From NCBI RefSeq assembly GCF_019247635.1, contig NZ_JAFBAR010000104.1, forward strand, positions 37,777 to 101,776: a stretch of DNA of 64,000 nt, in the 5' to 3' direction. Shown here one piece after another: positions 8,961 through 19,635 of this stretch. The translations under genes were made by a program, and so were the position numbers. How positions within the stretch are numbered: the stretch's first letter is position 1; each line of letters opens with the position of its first letter. The stretch is from Mycobacterium sp. (lineage in GTDB: Bacteria; Actinomycetota; Actinomycetes; Mycobacteriales; Mycobacteriaceae). The notes below the pieces were generated by a model, which saw only the letters and a program-made list of their open reading frames with translations, ran no database searches and was not told the DNA's origin.

Positions 8961-10049
8961 ATGGTCCAAGAGTTGATGTTCGAGGCACCCCGGCGCGGCA
9001 AGCCGCCGCGCCACCTGGCCGACCTCGACGCGGAGGGCCGCGCGGCCGCCGTCGTCGAACTGGGCCTCCCGGCGTTCCGGGCCAAGCAGCTTGCGCACCA
9101 GTATTACGGCCGCCTGATCGCCGATCCGCGCGAGATGACCGACCTACCGGCAGCCGTCCGCGGCCAGATCGCGCAGACGATGTTCCCGACGCTGCTCTCG
9201 CCGGCAACGGAAATCACCTGCGATGCCGGCGAGACGCGAAAGACGTTGTGGCGGGCTATCGATGGCACCACCTTCGAGTCGGTGCTGATGCGCTACCCGA
9301 AACGCAATACGCTATGCATTTCCTCGCAGGCCGGCTGCGGCATGGCCTGCCCCTTCTGCGCCACCGGCCAGGGCGGTTTGAACCGAAACCTGTCGACCGC
9401 CGAAATCCTCGAACAGGTGCGTCACGGCGCGGCGGGGCTGCGCGACGGCTACGGTGACCGGCTGTCCAACGTGGTCTTCATGGGCATGGGGGAGCCGCTG
9501 GCCAATTACGCCAGGGTGGTCGCGGCGGTGCAACGCATCACCGAACCTTCCGGCTTCGGCATATCGGCGCGCTCAGTGACGGTATCGACGGTGGGACTGG
9601 CACCGGCGATCTGCAAACTCGCCGACGAACGGCTCGGGGTGACGTTGGCGTTGTCGCTGCACGCACCCGACGACGAACTGCGTGACACGCTCGTTCCCGT
9701 CAACACCCGTTGGAACATCGGCGAGGCGCTGGACGCTGCGCGGTACTACGCCGATTGCACCGGTCGGCGGGTGTCCGTCGAGTACGCGTTGATCCGCGAG
9801 GTGAACGACCAACCCTGGCGGGCCGACTTGCTCGGCAAACTGCTGCACCGGGCGCTGGGCGCGCTGGTTCATGTCAACCTGATCCCGCTCAACCCGACCC
9901 CGGGCAGCCGGTGGGATGCCAGCCCAAAGCCGGCCGAGCGCGAGTTCGTGCGGCGGGTTCGCGCCAAAGGGGTGTCGTGCACCGTGCGCGACACCCGCGG
10001 CCGCGAGATCAGCGCCGCTTGTGGGCAGCTGGCGGCGGAAAGCCGGTAA
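8961..10049 (+). CDS. rlmN: 23S rRNA/tRNA (adenine-C2)-methyltransferase, radical SAM
   Basis: [11 protein letters not shown] is the CxxxCxxC radical-SAM cluster motif. GMGEPLAN and the C-terminal [11 protein letters not shown] Cys are typical of RlmN. Confidence 0.92.
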   Translation: MVQELMFEAPRRGKPPRHLADLDAEGRAAAVVELGLPAFRAKQLAHQYYGRLIADPREMTDLPAAVRGQIAQTMFPTLLSPATEITCDAGETRKTLWRAIDGTTFESVLMRYPKRNTLCISSQAGCGMACPFCATGQGGLNRNLSTAEILEQVRHGAAGLRDGYGDRLSNVVFMGMGEPLANYARVVAAVQRITEPSGFGISARSVTVSTVGLAPAICKLADERLGVTLALSLHAPDDELRDTLVPVNTRWNIGEALDAARYYADCTGRRVSVEYALIREVNDQPWRADLLGKLLHRALGALVHVNLIPLNPTPGSRWDASPKPAEREFVRRVRAKGVSCTVRDTRGREISAACGQLAAESR

Positions 10050-10124
10050 ACAGCGCGCCGGCTGAACCGCTGTGCCGGGTAATACGTCTTCAAGGCGTAA
10101 CCCTTAGCAAATGAGGTCAGCCCA

Positions 10125-10640
10125 ATGATTCTTCGCACGTCCTTAACCAGCAGAGTGGTTGCCGCGGCAGCGGCGGCCCTGGTCGCCCTAGTCCTGATCC
10201 TGGCGCTGGGCACCGCGCCGCGAGCCCAGGGCGCCGACGATCGTCTGCAGTTCGCCGGCACCACCCTGAGCGGCGCCCCCTTCAACGGCGCAAGCCTGCA
10301 GGGCAGGCCTGCGGTGCTGTGGTTCTGGACGCCGTGGTGTCCCTTCTGCAACGCCGAGGCGCCCGGCGTCGGCCAGGTCGCGGCGGCCAATCCCGGCGTC
10401 ACCTTCGTCGGCATCGCCGCACATTCGGACGTCGGCGCAATGCAGAGTTTCGTATCGAAGTACGGCCTCAACTTCACCAACCTCAATGACGCGGACGGCT
10501 CAATCTGGGCCCGCTACAACGTGCCCTGGCAACCGGCGTATGTGTTCTATCGCGCCGACGGTTCGTCGACGTTCGTGAACAACCCCACCTCGGCCATGTC
10601 CCAGCAGGAGCTGTCCGGCCGGGTGGCCGCGCTGAAGTGA
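10125..10640 (+). CDS. mpt53: Secreted thioredoxin-fold thiol:disulfide oxidoreductase (MPT53/DsbE-like)
   Basis: Signal peptide followed by WFWTPWCPFCNAEAP, a CxxC thioredoxin active site. The position after rlmN matches remembered Rv2878c. Confidence 0.8.
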   Translation: MILRTSLTSRVVAAAAAALVALVLILALGTAPRAQGADDRLQFAGTTLSGAPFNGASLQGRPAVLWFWTPWCPFCNAEAPGVGQVAAANPGVTFVGIAAHSDVGAMQSFVSKYGLNFTNLNDADGSIWARYNVPWQPAYVFYRADGSSTFVNNPTSAMSQQELSGRVAALK

Positions 10641-11488
10641 ACCAGGGACTGATCGGTCTGGCCTTTGCCGCCGGGTTGGTGGCGGCGCTGAACCCGTGTG
10701 GCTTCGCCATGCTGCCGGCGTACCTGCTTCTTGTGGTGCGCGGCGAACGGTCTCAGGGCCTGGCGCCGCTGGGCCGCGCGCTGGCCGCCACCCTCGGAAT
10801 GGCGCTCGGCTTCCTGACGGTGTTCGGCTTGTTCGGGGCGCTGACCATAGCGGCGGCCACAACGGTGCAGAAGTACGTGCCGTACGTGACGGTGCTGATC
10901 GGCGTATTGCTTGCCGCCCTTGGTCTTTGGTTACTTTCGGGCCGAGAGATCACTGCGCTGACGCCTCGCCCACTGGGCGTGCGCTGGGCGCCCACCTCAC
11001 GGGTGGCGTCGATGTACGGCTACGGCGTCAGCTATGCGATCGCGTCGCTGTCATGCACCATCGGACCGTTTCTCGCGGTTACCGGGGCGGGCCTGCGGGC
11101 CGGCTCGCCGGCCGAGGGGCTCTCGATCTACCTTGCCTACACCGCGGGCCTGACGCTGGTCGTCGGGGTGCTGGCCGTCGCGGCCGCGACCGCAAGCTCG
11201 GCGCTGGCCAAGCGCCTGCGCCGGGTGTTGCCGTTCGTCAACCGGATCAGTGGCGTGCTGCTGGTGCTGGTCGGGTTTTACATTGGCTACTACGGCGTCT
11301 ACGAACTGCGGCTCTTCGGCGGTTTGGTGGCGAATCCGCACGACGGCGTGATCACCGCCGCCGGCCGCGTGCAAGGCGCGCTGGCCGGCTGGGTGCACCA
11401 GCATGGCGGGTGGCCGTGGATTCTGACACTGTTCGCGCTGATCGTCGGGTTGCTCGCGACTTCGTGGTATCGACGGGTGCGACACTGA
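10637..11488 (+). CDS. CcdA/DsbD-family membrane thiol-disulfide electron transporter
   Basis: GTG start overlaps the mpt53-like stop (GTGA). The protein is multi-TM and contains LNPCGFAMLP and SCTIGPF, the two conserved Cys-containing CcdA motifs. Confidence 0.85.
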   Translation: MNQGLIGLAFAAGLVAALNPCGFAMLPAYLLLVVRGERSQGLAPLGRALAATLGMALGFLTVFGLFGALTIAAATTVQKYVPYVTVLIGVLLAALGLWLLSGREITALTPRPLGVRWAPTSRVASMYGYGVSYAIASLSCTIGPFLAVTGAGLRAGSPAEGLSIYLAYTAGLTLVVGVLAVAAATASSALAKRLRRVLPFVNRISGVLLVLVGFYIGYYGVYELRLFGGLVANPHDGVITAAGRVQGALAGWVHQHGGWPWILTLFALIVGLLATSWYRRVRH

Positions 11489-11536
11489 CACCATTAGGTC
11501 TTGCAGATGACATCAATATAGTGTCATCATGACACT

Positions 11537-12028
11537 ATGGATTTGCAACCATACGTCGACGCGGTCCGTCACGAGCTGAACCTGGCCGCCGCGGCCGCCG
11601 GCGTGGACGCGCAGGACTTGGCCGACCGGCTGAGTGCCCCCCTGGAGTCGGCCATCCGGCTGGCACTGCTGGAAGCGCTGTCGGCGGCCGCCGAAGAGAT
11701 CACCGGCGAACTGGCACCTCGATCCGTCGAGGTTCGCCTGCGGGGCCGTGATCCGGAGTTCATCGTCAGCGCCCCGATCGACGAGCCGGCCTGGGAAGAC
11801 CCCGCCGACGCGGACAAGGTGTTCATTGCTCAATACGACGACGACGGCGGCACCTGGCGGGTGACCCTCCGCCTCCCCGAGGGTCTGCGGGCGTCCGTCG
11901 AGGCCGCCGCCCGCAGGGAGGGCGCCTCGCTCAACTCCTGGCTGGTGCGCGCCGCCGCTGCCGCCAGCCAGCCCGCATCCCACCCCACCCGTAGCACCGG
12001 CCACCGGATAACCGGTTGGGTGCGCTGA
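11537..12028 (+). CDS. Hypothetical protein with a C-terminal ribbon-helix-helix (Arc/CopG/HicB-like) motif
   Basis: WRVTLRLPEGLRASVEAAARREGASLNSWLVRAAAAA fits an RHH beta-strand plus two helices. The N-terminal part is an Ala-rich helical region of unknown function. Confidence 0.5.
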   Translation: MDLQPYVDAVRHELNLAAAAAGVDAQDLADRLSAPLESAIRLALLEALSAAAEEITGELAPRSVEVRLRGRDPEFIVSAPIDEPAWEDPADADKVFIAQYDDDGGTWRVTLRLPEGLRASVEAAARREGASLNSWLVRAAAAASQPASHPTRSTGHRITGWVR

Positions 12029-12045
12029 TTCCCAAGGAGAAAGAA

Positions 12046-12852
12046 ATGCCGACCTTCCCGACTCCCGAGCCGATCGCCGTGCGCATCGAAGCCGGCGGTG
12101 GCTCGATCCGACTCGTCGCGACTGACCGCACCGACACCGTCGTCGAGGTGCGCCCGCGCGACGAATCGTGTAGCTCCGACGTCTGGGCGGCGGAGCACAC
12201 GCGCGTGGAGTTCCGCAACGGCAAGCTGGACGTGACCGCCGCGAGGTGCGGCTTACCCCTCTTCCGAGGCGGGGCCGTCGACCTTCACCTCGCGCTGCCG
12301 TCGCGGTCGCGGTTGCACGCCTCCTTGGCGTCGGCCGATTTGCACGCCGAGGGGGAATTCGCCGACGTCAAGGTGGCCGGGGCAAGCGGCGACGTCGACA
12401 TCGACGTCGTCACCGGAAAGCTCAAGGCCGCCAACGCATCTGGATCTTTGACCGTCCGCCGGGTCGAGGGTGGCGTCTCAGTCGCGACCGCATCGGGTGA
12501 CGTGACTATCGGCGATCTCGACGGTGATCTGAAGTTCAAGGCAGCCAGCGGCTCGCTCGCCGTCGCCCGGCTGTGTGGCGACGTGAAAGCGCGCTCTGCC
12601 TCGGGATCGGTGACGCTTGCCACGGCCATCTGCGGTTCGGTATCGGCGCACACCAGCAGCGGTAATGTCACGCTCGGGGTGAGCGAGGGCACCGCGGTCC
12701 GGCTCGACATCGTCACCGGATCTGGTGTCGTCACCAACGACCTGCGGCCGTCGGACGGCCCAGAGCGGGGCGACCAAACGCTGGCCCTACAGGTGCGCAG
12801 TGGCTCCGGAGACGTCAGCATCCATCGTGCTGAGCAGGTAGCTGCTACCTGA
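12046..12852 (+). CDS. DUF4097-like beta-strand-repeat protein (putative cell-envelope stress/adhesin-like)
   Basis: ATG at 12046 is preceded by AAGGAGAAAG. The sequence has degenerate repeats (ASGDVDIDVV, ASGSLTVRRV, ASGDVTIGDL, ASGSLAVARL, ASGSVTLATA, SSGNVTLGV, GSGDVSIHR) of the type I associate with DUF4097. Confidence 0.6.
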   Translation: MPTFPTPEPIAVRIEAGGGSIRLVATDRTDTVVEVRPRDESCSSDVWAAEHTRVEFRNGKLDVTAARCGLPLFRGGAVDLHLALPSRSRLHASLASADLHAEGEFADVKVAGASGDVDIDVVTGKLKAANASGSLTVRRVEGGVSVATASGDVTIGDLDGDLKFKAASGSLAVARLCGDVKARSASGSVTLATAICGSVSAHTSSGNVTLGVSEGTAVRLDIVTGSGVVTNDLRPSDGPERGDQTLALQVRSGSGDVSIHRAEQVAAT

Positions 12853-13099
12853 GCCAGCCGCGGCGTCGGCCCCACAAGTCGCGCACGAGCACAACGAGCA
12901 CGAACGCGGCGAATCCGATCAGGAACCAGTCCTCGATGTGACCGACATGGTTGCCGCGCAGCATCGCCAGCAGAAAGAGAAACGCGAACGCGCCCACGCC
13001 GTGCCAGGTGCGGTGATTGATTCTGCTCCACCCCCACGCTGCCGACGGCACCTCAGCGGCGTCGACACCGCTGAAGGGCTCCACCTCGGTACTGGCCAC
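12845..13099 (-). CDS. Small two-TM membrane protein (DUF2631-like; Rv2876-like by position)
   Basis: GTG at 13099 is preceded by GAAAGGA. VASTEVEPFSGVDAAEVPSAAWGW...GAFAFLFLLAMLRGNHVGHIEDWFLIGFAAFVLVVLV. Only the last 84 codons of the tracked 328-aa ORF are credible, because the rest is antisense to dxr. Confidence 0.6.
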   Translation of the reverse strand: MASTEVEPFSGVDAAEVPSAAWGWSRINHRTWHGVGAFAFLFLLAMLRGNHVGHIEDWFLIGFAAFVLVVLVRDLWGRRRGWLR

Positions 13100-13172
13100 G
13101 GCGATTCCTTTCGGAGACGTTCGCAACATTCTGGCACACGCTCGGCATTGCAAAGCGGGGCACAATGTGTAG

Positions 13173-14342
13173 GTGACCAAACAGACCGCCGAGCGCGTAC
13201 GGGTGCTGGTCCTGGGCAGCACCGGATCGATCGGCACCCAGGCGCTGGAGGTCATCGCCGCCAACCCCCACCGGTTCGAGGTGGTGGGGCTGGCGGCCGG
13301 CGGCGGCAACCCGGAGACGCTCCTGCGCCAGCGTGCCGACACGGGCGTGAACAACGTCGCCGTCGCCGACGATCGTGCAGCCGAGATCGTCGGCGACGTC
13401 CCGTTCCGCGGACCCGACGCGGCCACCCGGTTGGTCGAGGAGACCGAGGCCGACGTCGTGCTCAATGCGCTGGTCGGGGCGCTGGGATTGCGGCCTACGC
13501 TGGCCGCGCTGGAGTCGGGCGCCCGATTGGCGCTGGCCAACAAGGAATCGCTGGTTGCCGGCGGTCCGCTGGTGCTGCGCAGGGCGCGGCCCGGCCAGAT
13601 CGTGCCCGTCGACTCCGAACATTCCGCGCTGGCCCAGTGCCTCCGCGGCGGCAGCCCCGACGAGATCGCCAAGCTGGTGCTGACCGCCTCGGGCGGTCCG
13701 TTTCGGGGTTGGTCAGCCGCCGACCTAGAGCACGTCACGCCGGACCAGGCCGGTGCCCATCCGACCTGGTCGATGGGGCCGATGAACACGCTGAACTCCG
13801 CCTCGCTGGTCAACAAGGGGCTCGAGCTCATCGAGACTCACCTGCTGTTCGGCGTGGACTACGACCGCATCGAAGTCGTCGTGCACCCCCAGTCGATTGT
13901 TCATTCGATGGTCACCTTCATCGACGGTTCGACCCTGGCCCAGGCCAGCCCGCCGGACATGAAACTGCCCATCGCGCTGGCGCTCGGCTGGCCGCACCGG
14001 GTCGCCGGCGCGGCCGCGTCCCTCGACTTCTCTACCGCTTCGACCTGGGAGTTTGAGCCGCTGGACAGCGACGTGTTCCCCGCCGTCGATCTAGCCCGGC
14101 AGGCCGGCAAGGCCGGCGGTTGCTTGACTGCCGTCTACAACGCCGCCAATGAAGAAGCCGCGGCGGCATTCCTGCAGGGCCGGATCGAATTCCCCGCCAT
14201 CGTGGGCACTATCGCCGAGGTATTGCGCGCTGCCGACCAATGGGCCGTCGAACCCGCTACCGTGGATGACGTACTCGAAGCGCAGCGCTGGGCCCGCCAG
14301 CGAGCGCAGCGCGCCTCCGGAATGGTTTTGGAAAGGTCCTGA
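13173..14342 (+). CDS. dxr: 1-deoxy-D-xylulose-5-phosphate reductoisomerase
   Basis: [17 protein letters not shown] is the NADPH-binding motif. LANKESLV and DSEHSA are Dxr catalytic motifs. Confidence 0.95.
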   Translation: MTKQTAERVRVLVLGSTGSIGTQALEVIAANPHRFEVVGLAAGGGNPETLLRQRADTGVNNVAVADDRAAEIVGDVPFRGPDAATRLVEETEADVVLNALVGALGLRPTLAALESGARLALANKESLVAGGPLVLRRARPGQIVPVDSEHSALAQCLRGGSPDEIAKLVLTASGGPFRGWSAADLEHVTPDQAGAHPTWSMGPMNTLNSASLVNKGLELIETHLLFGVDYDRIEVVVHPQSIVHSMVTFIDGSTLAQASPPDMKLPIALALGWPHRVAGAAASLDFSTASTWEFEPLDSDVFPAVDLARQAGKAGGCLTAVYNAANEEAAAAFLQGRIEFPAIVGTIAEVLRAADQWAVEPATVDDVLEAQRWARQRAQRASGMVLERS

Positions 14343-14349
14343 CGGCAAG

Positions 14350-15564
14350 ATGATGTTCGCTCTCGGCATTGTGCTGTTTGCGCTGGCCATCCTGATCTCG
14401 GTCGCGCTGCACGAATGCGGCCACATGTGGGCCGCACGCGTGACCGGCATGAAGGTGCGTCGGTATTTCGTCGGCTTCGGTCCCACGCTGTGGTCGACCC
14501 GGCGCGGTGAAACCGAATACGGCGTCAAGGCCGTTCCGGCCGGCGGCTTCTGCGATATCGCCGGCATGACCTCGGTCGAGGAGCTGGCACCCGACGAGAC
14601 CGAGCGCGCGATGTACAAGCAGGCGACGTGGAAGCGCGTTGCCGTCTTGTTCGCCGGGCCCGGCATGAACTTTGTGATCTGCCTGGTGTTGATCTATGTC
14701 GTCGCGATCATCTGGGGACTGCCCAACCTGCATCCTCCGACCAACGCGGTAATTGGCGAAACCGGTTGTGTTGCACCGGAAATGACCGCAGGTAAGCTGG
14801 ACAAGTGTGACGGTCCCGGTCCGGCGGCACAGGCCGGAATCCGAACCGGGGACGTGGTGGTCAGGGTCGGTGACACCCCGGTGTCCAGTTTCGACGAGAT
14901 GGCCGCCGCGGTGCGCAAGCAGCACGGCACCGTTCCGGTCGTCGTGCAGCGCGACGGCAAAACAATTACTACGTATGTTCAGGTCGAACCGACCCGCCGC
15001 TGGGTCGCCAACGGGCAGGGCAGCCAACCTCAACCCGCCACCGTGGGGGCCATCGGCGTCGGTGCTCCCAGGCTTGCGCCCACGCAGTACGGTCTCTTCT
15101 CCGCCGTGCCCGCTACCTTCGCATTCACCGCCGATCTGACCGTCCAGGTGGGCAAGTCACTGGTCACGATCCCGACCAAGGTCGGTGCGCTGGTGCACGC
15201 CATTGGCGGCGGACAGCGTGACCCGCAGACGCCAATGAGTGTCGTCGGCGCCAGCATCATCGGTGGTGACACCGTGGATCACGGTCTGTGGGTGGCGTTC
15301 TGGTTCTTCCTGGCGCAGCTGAACCTCATCCTGGGGGCCATCAACCTGGTCCCCCTGCTGCCGTTCGACGGCGGCCACATCGCCATCGCGGTGTTCGAGA
15401 AGATCCGCAATGCCATCCGCTCGGCTCGCGGCATGGTCGCCGCGGCGCCGGTGAACTACCTCAAGCTCATGCCGGCGACTTACGTGGTGTTGGTGTTTGT
15501 GGTCGGGTACATGCTGTTGACCGTGACCGCCGATCTGGTCAACCCGATCAGGCTGTTTCAGTGA
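14350..15564 (+). CDS. rip1: Site-2 (RseP/Rip1-type) membrane zinc metalloprotease with a PDZ domain
   Basis: I chose ATG at 14350 ([15 protein letters not shown]). HECGH is the HExxH motif within TM1. A central PDZ-like segment is present, and the C-terminal [12 protein letters not shown] is the LDG motif. The 404-aa length matches remembered Rv2869c. Confidence 0.9.
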   Translation: MMFALGIVLFALAILISVALHECGHMWAARVTGMKVRRYFVGFGPTLWSTRRGETEYGVKAVPAGGFCDIAGMTSVEELAPDETERAMYKQATWKRVAVLFAGPGMNFVICLVLIYVVAIIWGLPNLHPPTNAVIGETGCVAPEMTAGKLDKCDGPGPAAQAGIRTGDVVVRVGDTPVSSFDEMAAAVRKQHGTVPVVVQRDGKTITTYVQVEPTRRWVANGQGSQPQPATVGAIGVGAPRLAPTQYGLFSAVPATFAFTADLTVQVGKSLVTIPTKVGALVHAIGGGQRDPQTPMSVVGASIIGGDTVDHGLWVAFWFFLAQLNLILGAINLVPLLPFDGGHIAIAVFEKIRNAIRSARGMVAAAPVNYLKLMPATYVVLVFVVGYMLLTVTADLVNPIRLFQ

Positions 15565-15586
15565 GCCATGCTGAGGAGCGGCGCCA

Positions 15587-16756
15587 ATGACCATTGGCCT
15601 GGGCATGCCGCAGCCGCCGGTGCCAACTCTCGCCCCTCGACGCACCACGCGCCAGCTCATGGTGCGCGATGTCGGGGTCGGCAGCGACTATCCGATCTCG
15701 GTGCAGTCGATGTGCACCACCAAGACCCATGACGTCAACTCGACGCTGCAGCAGATCGCCGAACTGACCGCAACCGGCTGTGACATTGTCCGGGTTGCGT
15801 GCCCGCGGCAGGAGGACGCTGACGCGCTGGCGGAGATCGCCCGGCACAGCCAGATCCCGGTGATCGCCGACATCCACTTCCAGCCGAAGTACATCTTCGC
15901 CGCCATCGACGCCGGCTGCGCCGCGGTGCGGGTAAACCCGGGCAACATCAAGGAATTCGACGGACGGGTCGGCGAGGTCGCCAAGGCAGCCGGGGAGGCC
16001 GGCATCCCGATCCGGATCGGCGTCAACGCCGGCTCGCTGGACAAGCGATTCATGGAGAAGTACGGCAAGGCCACCCCCGAGGCGCTGGTCGAGTCGGCGC
16101 TGTGGGAGGCGTCGCTGTTCGAGGAGCACGGCTTCGGCGACATCAAGATCAGTGTCAAGCACAACGATCCGGTGGTCATGGTCGCCGCCTACGAACAGCT
16201 CGCCGCGCGCTGCGACTACCCGCTGCACTTGGGCGTCACCGAGGCGGGTCCCGCGTTTCAGGGCACGATCAAGTCGGCAGTCGCGTTCGGCGCGCTGCTG
16301 TCCAAGGGCATAGGTGACACCATCCGGGTGTCGCTGTCGGCGCCGCCGGTCGAAGAGGTCAAGGTCGGCACCCAGATCCTGGAGTCGCTGAACCTGCGGC
16401 CACGTTCGCTCGAGATCGTGTCCTGTCCGTCCTGCGGCCGCGCCCAGGTCGACGTCTACACCCTGGCCAACGAGGTGACCGCCGGGTTGGACGGCCTGGA
16501 CGTACCGCTGCGGGTGGCCGTGATGGGCTGCGTCGTCAATGGCCCGGGTGAGGCCCGCGAGGCCGACCTGGGCGTCGCGTCGGGCAACGGCAAGGGCCAG
16601 ATCTTCGTCAAGGGCGAGGTGATCAAGACCGTCCCCGAAGCCCAGATCGTCGAGACGCTGATCGAAGAGGCCATGCGACTCGCCGGCGAAATGGGTGAAG
16701 GCGAGGGGACGGAAGAAGGAACACCGAGCGGTTCGCCTGTTGTGACCGTAAGCTGA
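15587..16756 (+). CDS. ispG: 4-hydroxy-3-methylbut-2-enyl diphosphate synthase
   Basis: VRVAVP-type TIM-barrel blocks are present. The C-terminal CPSCGR...[10 protein letters not shown] provides the [4Fe-4S] Cys ligands of IspG/GcpE. Confidence 0.95.
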   Translation: MTIGLGMPQPPVPTLAPRRTTRQLMVRDVGVGSDYPISVQSMCTTKTHDVNSTLQQIAELTATGCDIVRVACPRQEDADALAEIARHSQIPVIADIHFQPKYIFAAIDAGCAAVRVNPGNIKEFDGRVGEVAKAAGEAGIPIRIGVNAGSLDKRFMEKYGKATPEALVESALWEASLFEEHGFGDIKISVKHNDPVVMVAAYEQLAARCDYPLHLGVTEAGPAFQGTIKSAVAFGALLSKGIGDTIRVSLSAPPVEEVKVGTQILESLNLRPRSLEIVSCPSCGRAQVDVYTLANEVTAGLDGLDVPLRVAVMGCVVNGPGEAREADLGVASGNGKGQIFVKGEVIKTVPEAQIVETLIEEAMRLAGEMGEGEGTEEGTPSGSPVVTVS

Positions 16757-16814
16757 TGGGGGCCAATCAAGTCACGTTCTAGGTTGTCGGTTCGCTACCA
16801 CAGAGAGTTCTGAG

Positions 16815-17669
16815 ATGTCGGCTGCGCCCATCTTTCGCCTGATTGGCGAGCGACGGGTGTCCGTGGTGCGTGATGCCGCAGCCGTGTGGCGGGTACTCGA
16901 CGACGATCCGATCGGGTCTTGCATGGTCGCCGCCCGGGTTGCCGACTATGGCATCGACGCCAATTCGATTGGCGGAGAGCTGTGGACGCTTCGTGGCGCA
17001 CAGGAGTCCCTGTGCTTTGCCGGCGCTAATCTCATCCCGCTGCGCGGCGGTCTGATCGATCTCAACGCTTTTGCCGACGAGGCGATGAGCGCATCGAGGC
17101 GCTGTTCGTCGCTGGTGGGTAGGGCCGACTTGGTATTGCCGATGTGGCATCGGCTGGAGTCGGCCTGGGGCCCGGCGCGCGACGTGCGTGACAACCAGCC
17201 GCTGATGGCACTGACCGCCCACCCGAATTGCGCGCTCGACACAGGCGTGCGTCAGGTGCGGCCCGACGAGCTGGACGCCTACCTGGTGGCCGCCGTTGAC
17301 ATGTTCATCGGCGAGGTGGGCGTCGACCCGCGCCTCGGCGACGGAGGTCGTGGCTATCGTCGTCGGGTCGCCAGCCTGATCGCGGCCGGACGTGCGTGGG
17401 CCCGCTTCGAGCACGGGCAGGTCGTCTTCAAGGCCGAGGTGGGATCGCAGTCGCCGACGGTCGGTCAGATTCAAGGGGTCTGGGTTCATCCGGAGTGGCG
17501 CGGCCTGGGGTTGGGCACCACCGGCACCGCAACGCTGGCGGCGGTGATCGTCGGCACGGGCCGCATCGCCAGCCTGTATGTGAACAGCTTCAACGCGGTG
17601 GCCCGGGCGGCCTACGCCCGCGTCGGCTTCAGGGAGGTCGGCACGTTCGCGACGGTCCTGTTGGACTGA
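16815..17669 (+). CDS. GNAT-family N-acetyltransferase with an N-terminal extension (Rv2867c-like)
   Basis: The C-terminal VWVHPEWRGLGLGTTG is the acetyl-CoA-binding R/QxxGxG/A motif, and YARVGF is also present. Confidence 0.75.
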   Translation: MSAAPIFRLIGERRVSVVRDAAAVWRVLDDDPIGSCMVAARVADYGIDANSIGGELWTLRGAQESLCFAGANLIPLRGGLIDLNAFADEAMSASRRCSSLVGRADLVLPMWHRLESAWGPARDVRDNQPLMALTAHPNCALDTGVRQVRPDELDAYLVAAVDMFIGEVGVDPRLGDGGRGYRRRVASLIAAGRAWARFEHGQVVFKAEVGSQSPTVGQIQGVWVHPEWRGLGLGTTGTATLAAVIVGTGRIASLYVNSFNAVARAAYARVGFREVGTFATVLLD

Positions 17670-17754
17670 CGCGCGCGAAAGTACGCGTTCGTAACGGTTG
17701 CATCTCGGTGTGTCTGCGCCGGTGTGTAGGCCACAGTTCTTAACATCAGCACCG

Positions 17755-19578
17755 ATGGCAACTCGAACAACACTGGCCTCAACTGCCGCCTGCGTCTTGC
17801 TGCTGGTGGCTTTCGCCCTGACGGGGTGTACCCCGCGGCCTGAGGGGCCGGGTCCGGCAGCCGAAAAGTTCCTCGCCGCGTTGTCCGTCGGCGACACCGC
17901 ATCGGCTGCCCAGGCCAGCGACAGCCCCAACGAAGCGCGGGCAGCGCTTAACGCCGCCTGGGCCGGACTGCAGGCCACCCACCTGGACGCGCAGGTTCTC
18001 AGCACGAAGTACGCGGAGGACACCGGCACCGTGGCCTATCGCTTCACCTGGCATCTGCCCAAGAACCGAACCTGGAGCTACGACGGCCAGCTGAAGATGG
18101 CCCGCAACGAGGGGCACTGGCAGGTGCGTTGGACCGCCACCGGGCTGCATCCCAAGCTGGGGGAGCATCAGACCTTCGCGCTGCGGGCCGACCCGCCGCG
18201 GCGCGCCTCGGTGAACGAGTTGGGCGGTACCGACGTGCTGGCGCCGGGCTACCTGTACCACTACTCGCTGGACGCCACCGCAGCCGGGCCCGCGTTGATC
18301 GGAACGGCATTCGCCGTGGTTCAGGCCCTGCACCCGTTCAATCCCGCGCTGGACGCGCTCAACGACCCGCAGCTGCTCGCCGAGCGGGCCAGCTCCTCGA
18401 CCCAACCCGTGGACCTGGGGGTCACGCTGCACCCCGAAGACAACGACAAGGTCTTTCCGGTGATCGGCCAGCTGCCCGGCGTGGTGATCACGCCGCAGGC
18501 CGACGTGCTGCCGACCGATCCGCACTTCGCCCCGGCCGTCGTCGCCGAGATCAAGAAGGCCGTGATGGACCAACTCGACGGCCAGGCCGGTTGGCGGGTG
18601 GTCAGCGTTAACCAGAATGGCGTCGACGTCGCCGTGCTGCACGAGGTCGAGCCGTCGCCGGCACCGTCGGTGTCGATCACCCTGGACCGGGTCGTGCAGA
18701 ACGCCGCGCAACACGCGGTGGACACCCGGGGCGGCAAGGCCATGATCGTCGTGATCAAACCGTCGACCGGGGAGATCCTGGCGATCGCACAGAACGCCGG
18801 GGCCGACGCCGACGGGCCGCTGGCCACCACCGGCCTGTATCCACCCGGGTCGACGTTCAAGATGATCACGGCAGGCGCGGCCATCGACCGCGACATGGCC
18901 ACCCCGAGCACCATGCTGGGCTGCCCGGGCCACATCGATATCGGCCACCGCACCATCCCCAACTACGGCGGGTTCGACCTGGGCGTGGTGCCGATGTCGC
19001 GGGCCTTCGCGAGTTCGTGCAACACCACCTTCGCCGAGTTGAGCAGCAGACTGCCGCCGCGCGGCCTGACCCAGGCGGCCAGCCGGTACGGGATCGGGCT
19101 GGACTATCAGGTGGATGGCATCAGCACCGTGACCGGGTCGGTCCCGCCGACGGTAGACCTGGCCGAGCGCACCGAGGACGGCTTCGGCCAGGGCAAAGTG
19201 CTGACCACCCCGTTCGGCATGGCGCTGGTGGCGGCCACGGTGGCCGCCGGCAAGACCCCGGTTCCGCAGCTGATCGCGGGCCGGCCGACGACGGTCGAAG
19301 GGGACAACACCCCGATTTCCCCGAAGATGATCGACGCGCTGCGGCCCATGATGCGGCTGGTGGTGACCAACGGAACCGCCAAGGAGATCGCTCGCTGTGG
19401 CGAGGTGTACGGAAAGACCGGTGAGGCCGAGTTCCCGGGTGGATCGCATTCCTGGTTTGCCGGGTATCGCGGTGATCTGGCGTTCGCGGCGCTGATCGTC
19501 GGGGGTGGCAGCTCGGAGTATGCGGTGCGGATGACCAGGACCATGTTCGAGTTGCTGCCGCCTGGCTATCTCGCGTAG
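17755..19578 (+). CDS. Penicillin-binding transpeptidase lipoprotein (PBP-lipo, Rv2864c-like)
   Basis: I chose ATG at 17755. The lipobox is VAFALTGC. STFK is the SxxK active site, and SSCN and KTG motifs are present. Confidence 0.85.
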   Translation: MATRTTLASTAACVLLLVAFALTGCTPRPEGPGPAAEKFLAALSVGDTASAAQASDSPNEARAALNAAWAGLQATHLDAQVLSTKYAEDTGTVAYRFTWHLPKNRTWSYDGQLKMARNEGHWQVRWTATGLHPKLGEHQTFALRADPPRRASVNELGGTDVLAPGYLYHYSLDATAAGPALIGTAFAVVQALHPFNPALDALNDPQLLAERASSSTQPVDLGVTLHPEDNDKVFPVIGQLPGVVITPQADVLPTDPHFAPAVVAEIKKAVMDQLDGQAGWRVVSVNQNGVDVAVLHEVEPSPAPSVSITLDRVVQNAAQHAVDTRGGKAMIVVIKPSTGEILAIAQNAGADADGPLATTGLYPPGSTFKMITAGAAIDRDMATPSTMLGCPGHIDIGHRTIPNYGGFDLGVVPMSRAFASSCNTTFAELSSRLPPRGLTQAASRYGIGLDYQVDGISTVTGSVPPTVDLAERTEDGFGQGKVLTTPFGMALVAATVAAGKTPVPQLIAGRPTTVEGDNTPISPKMIDALRPMMRLVVTNGTAKEIARCGEVYGKTGEAEFPGGSHSWFAGYRGDLAFAALIVGGGSSEYAVRMTRTMFELLPPGYLA

Positions 19579-19635
19579 TGGCGACCGCAAGCGCGGCGGC
19601 AGCCGGGCCTGCGGAGCAGCGGGTAAATTGCGAGC

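Noticed and set aside
11537-12028. HicAB toxin-antitoxin system
   Set aside because: Only an RHH-like tail is present. No small HicA-like (dsRBD-fold) toxin ORF lies adjacent, and the neighbouring gene is a beta-repeat protein.
12845-13831. 328-aa minus-strand ORF
   Set aside because: Only the last 84 codons (12845-13099, a small membrane protein with its own RBS and GTG) are credible. The remainder is antisense to dxr.
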